Shown piece after piece: positions 52,759 through 63,640 of a stretch of 64,000 nt of DNA. Position numbers and translations under genes: made by a program. The DNA lies in the IMG/VR virus record IMGVR_UViG_3300031754_000002, positions 41,859 through 105,858 of that record. One strand, given 5' to 3'. The stretch comes from a virus. Below the pieces are notes generated by a model, which was given only the letters and a program-made list of their open reading frames with translations, was not told where the DNA came from and did not search any database. Position 1 is the stretch's first letter; each line of letters opens with the position of its first letter.

Positions 52759-54360
52759 TTACCAGCGTGCGGCCGAGAAGTCCGCGATCAGGTTCGGGGT
52801 AGCGCTGTCGAAGCCCACCACGTCCAACATTCCGGGATCGTCCGGACTGGCGATAGTGAACCCATTAGACACCATCCCCACTACGACAAGCCGTGCATTG
52901 ATGCCACTCTGACGACGATACTCCATTAGAGCCTGCGCGGGATGAACACGGCCCGCGAAAGTCTCGCTGTCGGTATATACAAGGAACGTGTCTACTTCTA
53001 GTCCCGCATGCAGTGCGTAGACCATCGGTAGCGCACAGTCCGTGCGGCCAAAGGGCATACCGTTCGTACGGCGAAGCACATCGTCTAGCCGCTCACGCGG
53101 AGAGAAGTCCAGCGGCGTGAACGTGTCTGAGAACGCCATGATCTGATGACGCGGCTCAACCGCTGCCGTAACAAGCGCCATCGCGGTAGCTCCCACTCGC
53201 GGGGTAATGCCGGGCATCGCCGCGATCGGTGGCCCAGCCATCGAGCCGGACACGTCCAACCCAAGAAGCGTCCGCTTGCCGGTAGACTCAACGTTTCCGA
53301 AGGCAGTGTAAAACGTGGCATCGAGTGCATCCACGATCTCGCGCAGTGGCTCCCACGAGTTCGTTCCCCGCGCAGAATGACCGGACGCATAGGTCACGAG
53401 CGCGCCGAGCACTGAGAGCGGGTGTACGCGAGCCTTGCGAATAGTCTCCACGTCTGCCAACTGGTCGGTCACGAGCTTCGTGTTGTCGCCCATTGGCTTG
53501 AGCACGCCGATACGTGTCATCGTCGCAAGGTTGCGGATCATGGCCGTCATCGGCATACCCGCGTTCAACAGTGCGGCCCAGACCTCCACGGAGTTCAAGT
53601 GCTCCGTGTGCAACGCCTCACGCGGGAGCGTCGAGCCATACTGTTCGATGAGCTTCGCGGTGTCGCGGGGCTTCTCCGCAGCCTGCGCAGCGTTGAACGC
53701 CTCGACGGCCTTCGGCGTCTCCTTGGTGCGAGCGCGAAGCCAGTCGAACGCGCCCGAGTCCGAGCGGGCGTGAGCGAACGTCAGCCCCGCTGGATGGCAG
53801 AGACGGAGAAGATCCAAGTGGGTCCAGTTGTCTCGCTGCCTGTACTTGACCATTTGGTATGCAAGCTGGTTCGGCTCCTTGTCCGTGTACCAGCGAGCGA
53901 CACCCTTCGCCAACGCTGGCCCCCAGCCGCGCTGTGTCTCCACGAACTCGGCGAAGTGGAACAGGTGCGTTCCGGTGCGCGCAACCTCGGGGATCGCTTC
54001 GCACGCGGCCCTACGGACCTGCTCGTCCTTGTGCGCACATGCGATAGCCAGCGCGTAAAGACAGGGGTCATTCTTCGGTGCCCGACCGTCCTTGGAGATA
54101 GCGACGATCTCCGCTACGGCATCGGTCTTGTGCTCATCCAGTGCCGCCCGAACACCCTCAATGTTTGCGCGGGTCAAGTCCCGCTCCGTGGCGTAGTAGC
54201 AGCCCCCCTCGCTGCTGAGCACAAGCCAGCGCCTCAAACGGTCCATCGAGCCGATCTTCCACGCAAACCCTCCCGCGTGGTTTTCGACTTGCGTGGAGCC
54301 AGGGATAGCCTCGGACTGCGGGGTCGCCAACGGCGACGCGGCACGAGTCAGATACGACAT
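52759..54360 (-). CDS. rsr: Ro60/Rsr TROVE-vWA RNA-binding protein
   Basis: NHAGGFAW, KYRQR..W.H.DLLRL.HP, MTAMIRNLA, DVSGSM, TDCALPM, YTDSET, DVVGFD. Confidence 0.93.
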   Translation of the reverse strand: MSYLTRAASPLATPQSEAIPGSTQVENHAGGFAWKIGSMDRLRRWLVLSSEGGCYYATERDLTRANIEGVRAALDEHKTDAVAEIVAISKDGRAPKNDPCLYALAIACAHKDEQVRRAACEAIPEVARTGTHLFHFAEFVETQRGWGPALAKGVARWYTDKEPNQLAYQMVKYRQRDNWTHLDLLRLCHPAGLTFAHARSDSGAFDWLRARTKETPKAVEAFNAAQAAEKPRDTAKLIEQYGSTLPREALHTEHLNSVEVWAALLNAGMPMTAMIRNLATMTRIGVLKPMGDNTKLVTDQLADVETIRKARVHPLSVLGALVTYASGHSARGTNSWEPLREIVDALDATFYTAFGNVESTGKRTLLGLDVSGSMAGPPIAAMPGITPRVGATAMALVTAAVEPRHQIMAFSDTFTPLDFSPRERLDDVLRRTNGMPFGRTDCALPMVYALHAGLEVDTFLVYTDSETFAGRVHPAQALMEYRRQSGINARLVVVGMVSNGFTIASPDDPGMLDVVGFDSATPNLIADFSAARW

Positions 54361-54396
54361 GGGGGTGCTCCTATCGGTTGCGTTCCGGGGTGAAAC

Positions 54397-54480
54397 GACG
54401 GGCATTGAGTGGGAGTCCGATCGGGGCGGCAACAGCCCCTGTGCCCTATCCAGATAACGGACCTAGCCCTCCGGCTCGTC
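54397..54480 (-). ncRNA. Y RNA-like unit 5
   Basis: GACGAGCCGG...GTTATC...AATGCCCGTC closing stem, shared with the other units. Confidence 0.65.
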
Positions 54481-54502
54481 GCCTCAAAAACCACATCAGA
54501 TA

Positions 54503-54622
54503 CGGAGGGCATGTGTTGCTGAGTCCGGTTTAGCGCTCTGCCGTTGAGCTACCCCGAAAGGCCGGGACTCGAACCCGGATCACTCTCTTATGAAGGAGAA
54601 CAGACTCTGCTCCGGCTCCCCG
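54503..54622 (-). ncRNA. YrlA-like Y RNA unit 4 with a tRNA-like domain
   Basis: GAGCCGG...T-arm CCGGGTTCGAGTCCCGG, then D-arm AGCTCAACGGCAGAGC...ATGCCC (T before D, as in YrlA). Confidence 0.75.
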
Positions 54623-54641
54623 CGCTGCGGAGCGTATCAGA

Positions 54642-54754
54642 TGCGAGGGCATTTTGTGCGGATCGGATGTCTTGCCAATGAGTCCCCCGCATCCCAAGGG
54701 AGCAAAGGACCAGGAATCGAACCTGGGTAACCGATACCAGCTCCGGCTCTCCCA
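54642..54754 (-). ncRNA. YrlA-like Y RNA unit 3
   Basis: GAGCCGG...GGTTAC CCAGGTTCGATTCCTGG...AATGCCCTC. Confidence 0.7.
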
Positions 54755-54790
54755 CCCGAGCAGTTCCATCGCGCCGTCAAGATTAGCAGA

Positions 54791-54854
54791 CTGCGGGCAT
54801 TTGATTAGCCACGGAGGTATCGTCTGAAGATGATCCGTGGCCTCCGGCTCGCGG
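54791..54854 (-). ncRNA. Minimal Y RNA-like unit 2
   Basis: CCGCGAGCCGG AGGCCACGGA...TCCGTGGCT...AATGCCCGCAG. Confidence 0.6.
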
Positions 54855-54891
54855 TCGAACGCGGAACGCAATCTGCGCCTGAAACTATAGC

Positions 54892-55003
54892 GAAGGGGCA
54901 ATGGGTGCAGTTCGGGGGTTTACGGCCAAGGCCGCCCACCCCCAAATCCACCAAGCCAGAGTCCGAACTGGAGCGAGATAACCGAGCCTGCGTCGGCTCC
55001 TTC
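54892..55003 (-). ncRNA. Y RNA-like unit 1
   Basis: GAAGGAGCCGAC...GGTTATC...TTGCCCCTTC; begins just downstream of the promoter. Confidence 0.6.
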
Positions 55004-55010
55004 AACGAGC

Positions 55011-55039
55011 ATCTTACATACATAGGCGCTGCTCGTCAA
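55011..55039 (-). promoter_or_regulatory. SigA-type promoter for the Y RNA-rsr-rtcB operon
   Basis: TTGACG-17 nt-TAAGAT, ending about 8 nt before unit 1. Confidence 0.65.
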
Positions 55040-55408
55040 GCCCCTAACGACGGAAAGCCCCAGCTACCGAGCTTTTCAGCGGTGGCAGCCAGGGCTTTCC
55101 GGGTTCCTACGAGGGTGGAGAGTGGACCGCCAGGATATGGGGACCATCCACGGGGCCAGCGTATACGACCGAGCGGCGGAACGTTTCACGGCAAACGCAG
55201 CTAATCGTCAACTGGAGGGTTAGCTGGCTCGACCAGCTGGATGTCTATATCGACTCGTTGGGATGACGGGCGTCGTCGCACGCTAGCCATGATCGAAACG
55301 GCACAACTCACCTTCCTCGATGCTGTCGATGCGTATCGCTGAGGCGTCTGGAACCTCGTGGAGGATGAGTGGGAGATAGCTCGCCGGGTCGTCCATGGGG
55401 GATAGAGG

Positions 55409-56311
55409 CTAGCGCAGTTCTCGGTTCACCCGCTGCCCCGCAGCAAGCCAAACCCGGCATACCCGCTGATACGGTCGCCGTCCATGCACTATCGGGGTAG
55501 AACGCAATGGCCGTGAGCGGCAGTTGTGGCGAGCCAAGTCTCGGCGTAGGGTGGTGCGCTCGGCGAGCAGCTTCTTACGGTCAGGTTTAGGTTTAGGTTT
55601 CGGGCGTGGCTTAGGTTTAGGCTGAGGTTTAGGTTCAGCTAGCGGCGGATGCGCGATCACCAGGAACGAGCGGAGCACAAGCGACTGGTCAAGGTTGCGC
55701 CCTAGCGCGCGGTCAGTCCACTGCGTCCCGTCAAACCCAACGTCGATGTGTGGTGTGCCCGTGTAGTCAGCGTCCCACTCGAAGACTTGGCTCTTGCTGA
55801 TACCAGCGCGTGCGAGCGCAGGCTGCACCTGTTCGTGAAACTCATACCAGTCCGAGTACAAACATGGCCGTGACCAGCCGAGCCGTTTCTCCGCCCACAC
55901 CCAGCTAGGAGCTTGGTTAGGGCTCGCGTCCCCAGGCTCTATGTCGAGACAGTCAGCATGGTCGCTTGCTCTTATGGCGATCGAGACGACATGCGCGCGC
56001 GGGTAGGAGCGATGCAACGGGTTGAACGTGGGCCAGAACCCCGCCGTGTACCCTGCAAGCGCGAATGGGTTAGACGGCACTGAGGAGAGCGTGATCGTGT
56101 CGTACATCGCTGCTGTCTTTTGCGGCGCCAAGGCGAATAGCTGCACTCCTCGCGGAGCGGGCCGACCCCAACCCGACGGGTGGACAGACCCTCCAGCCGT
56201 TTGAGAAGTCGTCGGACTGACGCTCTCGGCTGGAGGAGGGGATGAGCCGCAAGCCACCAGCCCGACGATCGTAAATGCCGCTAGGGCGGCCAAGATTAGA
56301 GTTCTGCGCAT
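55409..56311 (-). CDS. Putative endolysin (GH25-like TIM-barrel muramidase) with a lipoprotein signal
   Basis: MRRTLILAALAAFTIVGLVAC; LDIE.GD, PCLYS, W.ADY, TQWTD...LDQS; PK-repeat linker. Confidence 0.55.
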   Translation of the reverse strand: MRRTLILAALAAFTIVGLVACGSSPPPAESVSPTTSQTAGGSVHPSGWGRPAPRGVQLFALAPQKTAAMYDTITLSSVPSNPFALAGYTAGFWPTFNPLHRSYPRAHVVSIAIRASDHADCLDIEPGDASPNQAPSWVWAEKRLGWSRPCLYSDWYEFHEQVQPALARAGISKSQVFEWDADYTGTPHIDVGFDGTQWTDRALGRNLDQSLVLRSFLVIAHPPLAEPKPQPKPKPRPKPKPKPDRKKLLAERTTLRRDLARHNCRSRPLRSTPIVHGRRPYQRVCRVWLAAGQRVNRELR

Positions 56312-56580
56312 GTTCTCCTCCTGCTTTGGGGTATGATTCGCGGTTCGGCAGTGGTGAAGCGGGATCACATCAGAGGCACTAGCGAAACTAGCATCGCTAG
56401 TGTTCATGCGGGTTTGTAGGTCTGCTCGCATGGTCTGTACCTCACTTCTCACGGGAATCTACCCCACCGTGTCTGTCACGTCTTTGTGACCTGCTAGAAG
56501 TTGTGGCGTCGCAGACGCTTAGGCATCGTCCGTTTGGACAGGGCCGGTTGTCCGCGATGGCCCGCGCGAATCGGCATAAG

Positions 56581-56653
56581 TGGACCTGACCTGGGTCGAA
56601 CAGGCAACCTCCTGCGTGCAAAGCGGGTGCTCCCCCAGTTGAGCTACAGGCCC
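56581..56653 (-). tRNA. tRNA-Ala(TGC)
   Basis: Acceptor GGGCCTG/CAGGTCC with G3-U70; anticodon loop TTTGCAC; TTCGA T-loop; one mismatch in the anticodon stem. Confidence 0.85.
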
Positions 56654-56666
56654 ACCGGGAAGGATA

Positions 56667-57065
56667 TCAGGCCGGTGGCTCAACAGGCGTCTGAGGCGCG
56701 ACGTGTTCCCCCGCTGCGGGATGCCCGACCGCAACCGTGATGTTAGCCAGCAAACCCTGGACCTTCGCCTCAACTAGCTGCTCGATCTGCTTCAACAGTG
56801 CGGGGTCGGCCTGCGCCACAACATGAGCGACTTTCTGCACGTCTCTCGCTGCTTCATCCGCCCGTTTTTCCCACTGCTGATGGCCGTGAAGCCATGACAG
56901 CGCGCCACCCAAAGCAGCGGTAGCACCCGTAACCTCAAGTGCGATGATCTCGGGTTCAGAGACAGGCAGGCCAGGGAAGTGCTTCGCCAGCCATGCTGAG
57001 CCCACCGCGGCGACAGCGGCGAACATGGGTGCGAGTGCGGCGACGATCCTATTTGGTGCTGGCAT
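56667..57065 (-). CDS. Holin-like membrane protein
   Basis: Two N-terminal hydrophobic helices upstream of the lysin. Confidence 0.5.
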   Translation of the reverse strand: MPAPNRIVAALAPMFAAVAAVGSAWLAKHFPGLPVSEPEIIALEVTGATAALGGALSWLHGHQQWEKRADEAARDVQKVAHVVAQADPALLKQIEQLVEAKVQGLLANITVAVGHPAAGEHVAPQTPVEPPA

Positions 57066-57120
57066 TTTTAGCTCCTCCTGGTTTGCGTTTCGTTACCTTC
57101 GATGCGTCCGCCTTCTCGTG

Positions 57121-57507
57121 CTACTCGGCTACGGACTTGCCGAGCATGTCTATGCGCCCCACAACCACCTGCAAGCCGCCTGGTGTGTCTACGCTAAGTT
57201 CGTTCTTGATCTCGGCGATAGCCGCGTGAACGTCCGCGATACCGCCATCTCTCTCTGGGTCGAGTAGGTCGAGCGCCTTCTTCATGTGCTCAGCTAGCTC
57301 ATCGTGGCGTTTGGCTTGTGCATCGAGCTTCCGATGCAACTCTCCGACCGCGCCCTTGTGCCAGAGCCAGCCGAGCACGGCGACGACGGCGAGGGGGAGC
57401 ACGGCGACGACGTTGCCCCAGACCGCCGATTCGTAAAAGTGCTTGCCTGGTTCCGCGAAAAAGAACTCCCAGAAGTGCGCCGAGAAGATGAAGAACGTGG
57501 CGAGCAT
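57121..57507 (-). CDS. Membrane protein
   Basis: TM segment WGNVVAVLPLAVVAVLGWLW followed by a coiled coil. Confidence 0.5.
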   Translation of the reverse strand: MLATFFIFSAHFWEFFFAEPGKHFYESAVWGNVVAVLPLAVVAVLGWLWHKGAVGELHRKLDAQAKRHDELAEHMKKALDLLDPERDGGIADVHAAIAEIKNELSVDTPGGLQVVVGRIDMLGKSVAE

Positions 57508-58418
57508 TGTGCCTCCGATCCCGCAATTTGCGCCGTGTTTCTCGCCGCGTGACTGTGACGAAGCGTGATAGGGTGTGACCAACGAAGCCCCCAAATCAAC
57601 GGGAGGATCAATGACCAAGGACGAAGTGCTGCTCGCGCTCAGGTACCATGGCCCCACGACAGCGAAAGCGCTAGGCTCCCACCCGCAGACACTGAAACGG
57701 CTAGTTGTCGAAGAACTGGTGCGTATCGTCACACAGAAGCCGACGGGTGGCAAGTCCGCCAGTGTGTACGCATTGACACGCCGCGGCGCGGCGCGTGCCC
57801 GGAAGCTAGCGAAATGACTGAGCCCACAACGCAAACCCCCGAGCCGACGGGCCAGAAGCGTCCGAAGAACCCAACGTACCATGTCTTCGAGGCGGAAGAC
57901 GACCAGAACTATCGTCACCTAACACACGAGCGAGCGGTACGCGCATCGAATCGTAAGGAGGCGATCAAGGAAGCCGTCAAGGCTGACGAACAGGCTAACC
58001 CCGAGATGGAAGACGCGAAGGGAGAGCGGACGTTCCTTGTGATCGCGGAGAAGGAGTTCCGTACCTTCACCCCTACTATCAGCAACAAGCCTGTCTGGAG
58101 CTTCTAAATGCGCGACTAGGACTCTGGGGTGGGCTGTTGACGCTGCACGGATTCAGTAGCTACCAGCGCGCGATCGAACACCGCCAGCTACGCCAACTCG
58201 GGGCGCGCCCACGTTACCGAGTTGCTTCGGATGCGGACAGTTTGCGAACGCGACCGTTCTGCCAACGGACACGCGCGACTCAGCCGGATAAACCGTCTCA
58301 TTGACCAAGCGCGGGGAGAGTCGGCTCGCCGAAAAGGCGCATCCGGACACAATGCTGGACTCGATCGAGGCACATCTTTCTGACGCGGCTAATTGCCGAG
58401 CACCAGCAAAGACAAGAG

Positions 58419-58811
58419 CTACGGCCGCGTTAGTTCCCTAACCCTCACGGCACAGTCATAGCTAGGAACCAACGCATTCACGAATGCGTTGATCTCTTCA
58501 CGCTGTCTCCTGACGGTCGCAAGCCCCTCAGCGCGGGGTGATGTCACCCTTCTCGCGAGTGCTTCGATACCGGTCTGTGCCGTCGCATGGCGTTCATTCG
58601 CTTCACGGCAAGTACGCTCCGTGGCTTCTATGCGGCTCTTCTTGACAGTCTGGATCGCGATATGGGCATCATGCGCGGCATGCAGGGCTACGGTAAACAA
58701 CACAATTATCGCCACCGTGAGACCAACCACTAGACCAACCAAGGCCGCCACGAGATGTTTCGAGCGAACGTCCACCGGGCCGCCCTCGACAAGGATTCGC
58801 GGACTCGACAT
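58419..58811 (-). CDS. Small membrane protein (lysis-module-like)
   Basis: N-terminal TM segment LVAALVGLVVGLTVAIIVLFTVAL. Confidence 0.45.
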   Translation of the reverse strand: MSSPRILVEGGPVDVRSKHLVAALVGLVVGLTVAIIVLFTVALHAAHDAHIAIQTVKKSRIEATERTCREANERHATAQTGIEALARRVTSPRAEGLATVRRQREEINAFVNALVPSYDCAVRVRELTRP

Positions 58812-59126
58812 TCAATGACCTCCCGCAAGAAGGGCGCCAATGACAGCTATGCCACCCCCCAGGACCGCCGAGCTACAGGCAATGATGAGACCGTTGCGTA
58901 GAGTGCGTGAGCGCGTCAATGGCTCGACGCGTGCATCCTCGAACTGCTTGGTAACGGCGTTCAAGCTTTTAGTGTTCGCCTCTAGTTCGCGTGAGAGGGT
59001 GCGTATCTCTACACGCAGCTCTCCAACACTGTTGACCACTGGCGTGTGCTGATTGACGACGGACTGGAGATCGTCCAACCTATCGTCGTTCCAGCGGCGC
59101 AGCGGTGATACCGAACCCGGCTCCAT
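58812..59126 (-). CDS. Small membrane protein (lysis-module-like)
   Basis: Coiled coil followed by a C-terminal TM segment; abuts 58419-58811. Confidence 0.45.
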   Translation of the reverse strand: MEPGSVSPLRRWNDDRLDDLQSVVNQHTPVVNSVGELRVEIRTLSRELEANTKSLNAVTKQFEDARVEPLTRSRTLRNGLIIACSSAVLGGGIAVIGALLAGGH

Positions 59127-60626
59127 AGAACCTCCACTGCTCGATGATTGTACACGCAACTAAAGTTAGGGCGTTTCGCTGCCGATACGCCTGAATCGAC
59201 CTACTGCGCTTGATCCTCGAAACCTCGCCACTCAACACCACATGCCCAATCTGCCATGCGGCACGCGATGAGCCATGCACTGGGGGCAATGGGTTCCACA
59301 CGGCGCGTGAACTGCTCCGCGTGGTCGAACTCGAAGCGGTTGACTTGCCTGCTGATCCGTGCTAAGCTTGAGCGTAAATCGGGCCGCGACGCCCTCTACC
59401 TAGCGCCCGGCCCGTTGACCGAACCCTGGAAGGGGGTCCGATATGGCACAAGATAGCAAGCAACAGGACAGGCCCTCGGAGGTCGAGCGCATCATGCAGC
59501 AGACAGGCAAGCGAGCCACGTACCCGATCACCCGCGCCGAGGCGAAGTCGGGTATGACGTTCATGTCCAGTCACGGCTACCGACTCACCATCACGGCAGT
59601 CAGGGACGACGCCCCCAATCGCATATCGAATCGCCATGTGGAAATTGTGGGGCATCTTCACGGCAATCCCGAGGCGCCAACGCGAAACGAGCGTTACCCC
59701 GCGAACTCAGTGATCTACGTTGAGTGCGGCTCTGCGGGACAGGAGGGCTGAGCCGTGATGGCTGTTGGCGACTGCGAAGTGGTGGGGATCAGCGAGATCG
59801 ACGAGGACCGCTGCCTTGAGTGCGCCGCCAAGCACTATGGTCCCCTGCGCGCGGAGCGGCTACGAAGCGGCCTTGAGGACCACTCGCGCAGTTGGTGGGA
59901 CGGTCCTCAGCGCTACTACCAGTGGCAGGCCGACGATGACGCCGGCGAGCGAGATTGCCAGTGCGAGCCTTTCGTGCGCGGCATAGGGGAATGCCCGCGC
60001 TGCTGCGAGACGCTGTGCGTGGACTGTGGCAAGCGCCTAGATCGCGTGCCGGCCGCACCGGAGGGTTGAGGGATGGACAGATGGAGGCCACTTGGAGTCG
60101 CCACGCCTACGCGCTCGAACGCACGCACCGGCCAGCGAATCGCCGTGACTATGACGTGGGCTGGCGGGCGGCCCGCGATTACTTCACCGAAAAGGACTAC
60201 ACACCCCATTCAGTACTGCGTCCCCAAACGGGAAGTGTAGTATCTGTGGTCCGCCTAGACCCAAATGGCAAACGTATAGCTGGGACGACGATGAAGATCG
60301 AGCCAATCTGGCTATCCCTCGATGACGTGAACCAAATCCTCGGGTGGGGGTCGATGGCGCAGATCCACAGCAGCCCACCGCAAGGCGACTTGGCCCCACG
60401 GCTCATAGCGTTGCAGCGAAGCCTAGCCGAGGACTATGATGACGACCCCGGTTTCACTGTCGATGGGTGAGCCGTACGGCTTTACGCTGTCGTCGCAGAA
60501 GGTCAGCGGCCTACTAGGACGGTCTCGCCATCTTGCCTCGCCGCCGATCGAGGCGCGGGGACATATGGCTGTGGCGAGAGTATCGAGTTACTGGCTTCGG
60601 TCGGCTTTGGCTGTCTAACCTCAGCG

Positions 60627-61109
60627 ATGACCGGCATGGTGCTATCCACTGCTCTAGGTGCGCGGGCTATGCCTGAGCCATCCAGTCATGTCAAGGCGAA
60701 CGTCACGCCCATCCCCAAGCCGGAGCGCAAGAAGAAAGCACCGGAGTTGAAACGCACTGCCATGACGTGTAAGCCAAGCAAACTAAAACGGACCCCGCTC
60801 GGCCACTGCACTGACGCCCAGCGCGAGCGAGTTGCCAATCAAGTCTGTGTTGTCTGCGGCAAACACTTCAACGAATGCGAGCCGATGCACTTCGTCGATC
60901 GAGCCCATCCCAAGATGAGCCAAGTGGCCGCCGACGACGAGCGCGCAGTCGTACCCGGTTGCCACTGGTGCCATATCGAAGTACACGAAGGCAAGATCGA
61001 TCTACTGCCCTGTCTTGAGCCAGCGTGGAGAGATAGCCAGGAATGGGCTGCCGGCGCGGTCGGCCTTGCGTCTGCGATACGCTCAATCACGGGAGAACGC
61101 TCGGGATGA
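60627..61109 (+). CDS. HNH-like Zn-binding protein
   Basis: CVVCG...EPMH...VVPGCHWCH..VH. Confidence 0.55.
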   Translation: MTGMVLSTALGARAMPEPSSHVKANVTPIPKPERKKKAPELKRTAMTCKPSKLKRTPLGHCTDAQRERVANQVCVVCGKHFNECEPMHFVDRAHPKMSQVAADDERAVVPGCHWCHIEVHEGKIDLLPCLEPAWRDSQEWAAGAVGLASAIRSITGERSG

Positions 61110-61347
61110 CTAAGCCCCTGACAGAGTCGCAGCTTCGCGCCCTCCGAGAGGTAGCTGAGGGTCGCGTGCGCTATTACCGTGGTGAGCTTCGCTATCGTTC
61201 CACGGAGTTCCCGCCAGCAATCCGTAACGATGTTGCTATGCGACTCCGCAATGAGGGCCTAATTCGTCTTGAAAGGGGCGAGCTTGGGAAATCCTGGCAG
61301 CCGGTTGTCCTTACCGAGTCCGGCCAGATGCGTTTGGTGGCTGGCGC

Positions 61348-61635
61348 ATGAGAATCATAGTTTGTGGTGGCCGTGACTATTCTGGCGCGGGCAATGCCGC
61401 CAAGATGCGTAGCTTTATGGCAACGCTTGATTCCGGCGTGGGCTTCGATCCGCCCACAATCGTTCACGGGGACGCACCCGGCGCCGACACGCTCGCTAAG
61501 CTCGCTGCGATTGAGGCTGGTTATCCGGTCGAGGATCAGCCGACCCTAGGAGGTTCATCCGATGAAATCAACAATGGGAAGCAACGCTCACGCGAGCGCA
61601 AAGCCGCCGCCGATGCCATAGGGATTAGAGCCTGA
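61348..61635 (+). CDS. SLOG/DUF2493-like protein, apparently truncated
   Basis: MRIIVCGGRDY...IVHGDAPGADTLA. Confidence 0.6.
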   Translation: MRIIVCGGRDYSGAGNAAKMRSFMATLDSGVGFDPPTIVHGDAPGADTLAKLAAIEAGYPVEDQPTLGGSSDEINNGKQRSRERKAAADAIGIRA

Positions 61636-63393
61636 TGCACCCGATCCTCAAGCCAGGAAAGCCCGGTATCTGTCCTGCACTGCTGTCGTATCGTGAGAAT
61701 ACGCGGCGCAACGCGGCAGAAGCGCGTCGGCCCCCGAGAAGGCCACGCAATGCCTGAGCCGTGGTCAGCAAACATCTCGTTGTGTACCGATCATCTGGCG
61801 TTCGTTGACACGCCCGCACCACGCGGAGGGATCAAGGTCATTGAGGCCGAGCCCGTGCTCGCCGTCGTCAAGCAGCTACGAAACGCGTTGGACTATGCAC
61901 GCGAGCAGGAGGTAGGCGGACGGCATGACTGGTGCGATGACCAGCATGTTCTCGACGCACTCGAAGCCGGACGGCATCTCCTGGTAGCTAATGGTGGCGT
62001 GGCCTATGCTAAGCAGCAGATGTCCAAATGAGTGAGCTATGCGCTAACCCTCGATGCCTAAGCGCGGCGCTGGAGATTGGCGAGCAAGCTATCGACGTAA
62101 CGGCGTTCCGTCCGGCAGTCGCAGGTTTGCGCGAGGCGTTGTCGCAGATTCGAGTAGTTCTCGGCATCGATGACATTCCCAAGGAGGAGAAATGAGCCAA
62201 CCGGACTTCAACAGCGAGACACACCGAAATCTCGTGAAACTCGCAATCGCCGCCGCCTTTGCTGATAACGAGCCAGTAGAGAATGCCGTGGCCGTGATCC
62301 TCCGACAGTGGATGCTGCCGCCGACTCTGGATGTGAGCAAGCTGACGGCCTCCGAAAAGCGACGCTATGGGCTATCGTGAGCCAGCCACTACGTAACCTT
62401 GCTTGTAAACTATGGTCAAGCCATGAGTGGGGTGAGTGGGACCCTAGGCCATGGCAAAACCTGCTTGGCTTGAGCTACCGGGTGCGCTGGTGCCGTAAGT
62501 GTGGTGCTCGGGATATAGCGAGTTGGTTCTGATGAGCGAGAAGCTATCATCCTGCTGCAAGGCGCAGGTCCGCATCATGGGCGACGTTACGCAGTATTAC
62601 GTCTGCTCGGCCTGCAAGAAAGCATGTGACACGCACCGAGAAGCCAAGGTGAGCAAATCCCCTCCCGTGACGAGCCGGTTCCTTGTCGAGCCGATCCGTG
62701 CCGACGAAGCCCATAAGGGCGACGACATCGTTATCGTAGAGTCCAGTGGCATACTCGACGGTATCCGGCCCGTGTCGATGGACAACCGCTGCCTCTCGCT
62801 TGAGGGCGTCGGGGTAGCGGAGCTATCGAATGACAGTGTGGTCCTACGGGTGGTTAGAGACACCGGACAGGAACAGGTTGACCCAGCGGTGATTGAGCGC
62901 TACCGTGAACAACCATGACAGTGGTCCGGCTCAAGGGTGGCCCGTTCGCTGGCGAGATCGTTCGCCTACCAGCAACCCGCGTGCATTACCACAACGGTGA
63001 GCGGGTACCGGAGGGCCATGTTGCCGTATATAAAGCCCGACACCAGCGGCCGAAGACCCTGCGCTTCGACGGCTTCCGCAAAGTGCTCACTGACGATCTA
63101 GCGCGCGCCGCGGTTATGCTTGATCCATGATGAGGACCCATGCCCGCACACATGTCCGCTGGTCCCTTACTGACCGCTTCTATCATGGCCGGAGCCGAGT
63201 CGAGTGCAAACAACCGCACCCATGCACGAGGGGCAAGCGGCGATGATCGTCTGGCTGCCTGTGGGATGGCTCGCCCTCAACGCGCTCATCGTCCTGCTCG
63301 GCTATCGAGCACACAGTCACCGGAGAGCGTTTGTTGTGCGCCAACAGATACGGGAAGCGACTTGGCTTGCTGGCGATAGGAGGCTAAGACGAA

Positions 63394-63456
63394 TGCCGGA
63401 TGGTGCAAATGGTGAGTACGCCCAGCTTAAGACTGGGAGGTCGAGGTTCGAGTCCT
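63394..63456 (+). tRNA. tRNA with a TAA (Leu) anticodon; 3' end cut off by an IS1 end
   Basis: TGCCGGA-TG-GTGC...GTAC-G-CCCAG-CTTAAGA-CTGGG-AGGT-CGAGG-TTCGAGT-CCT, then the IS IR. Confidence 0.75.
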
Positions 63457-63640
63457 GGTAGTGGGTCAGTTTGGGATTCGTCCCCACGGGACAGGTTGCG
63501 GGGTCTAGTGTCGCTGGCAATCAGCCAAGCGGCCCCGGCGCGGATGGTAGTCCGACACCGGGGCCTTGACACGGAGGTGAAGCTCCATGCCCGACGAGAA
63601 CCCTACCCCCGACGAGCCTGCGCGCGACTTCGGCAACGTC
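63457..63640 (+). mobile_element. Truncated left end of an IS1-family element related to 15158-18006
   Basis: IR GGTAGTGGGTCAGTTTG plus about 180 bp closely matching 15158-15340, including the start of the passenger ORF MPDENPTPDEPARDFGN. Confidence 0.85.

Noticed and set aside
54503-54754. Ordinary tRNA genes
   Set aside because: The T-arm precedes the D-like arm and there is no standard cloverleaf order; these fit Y RNA-like units instead.
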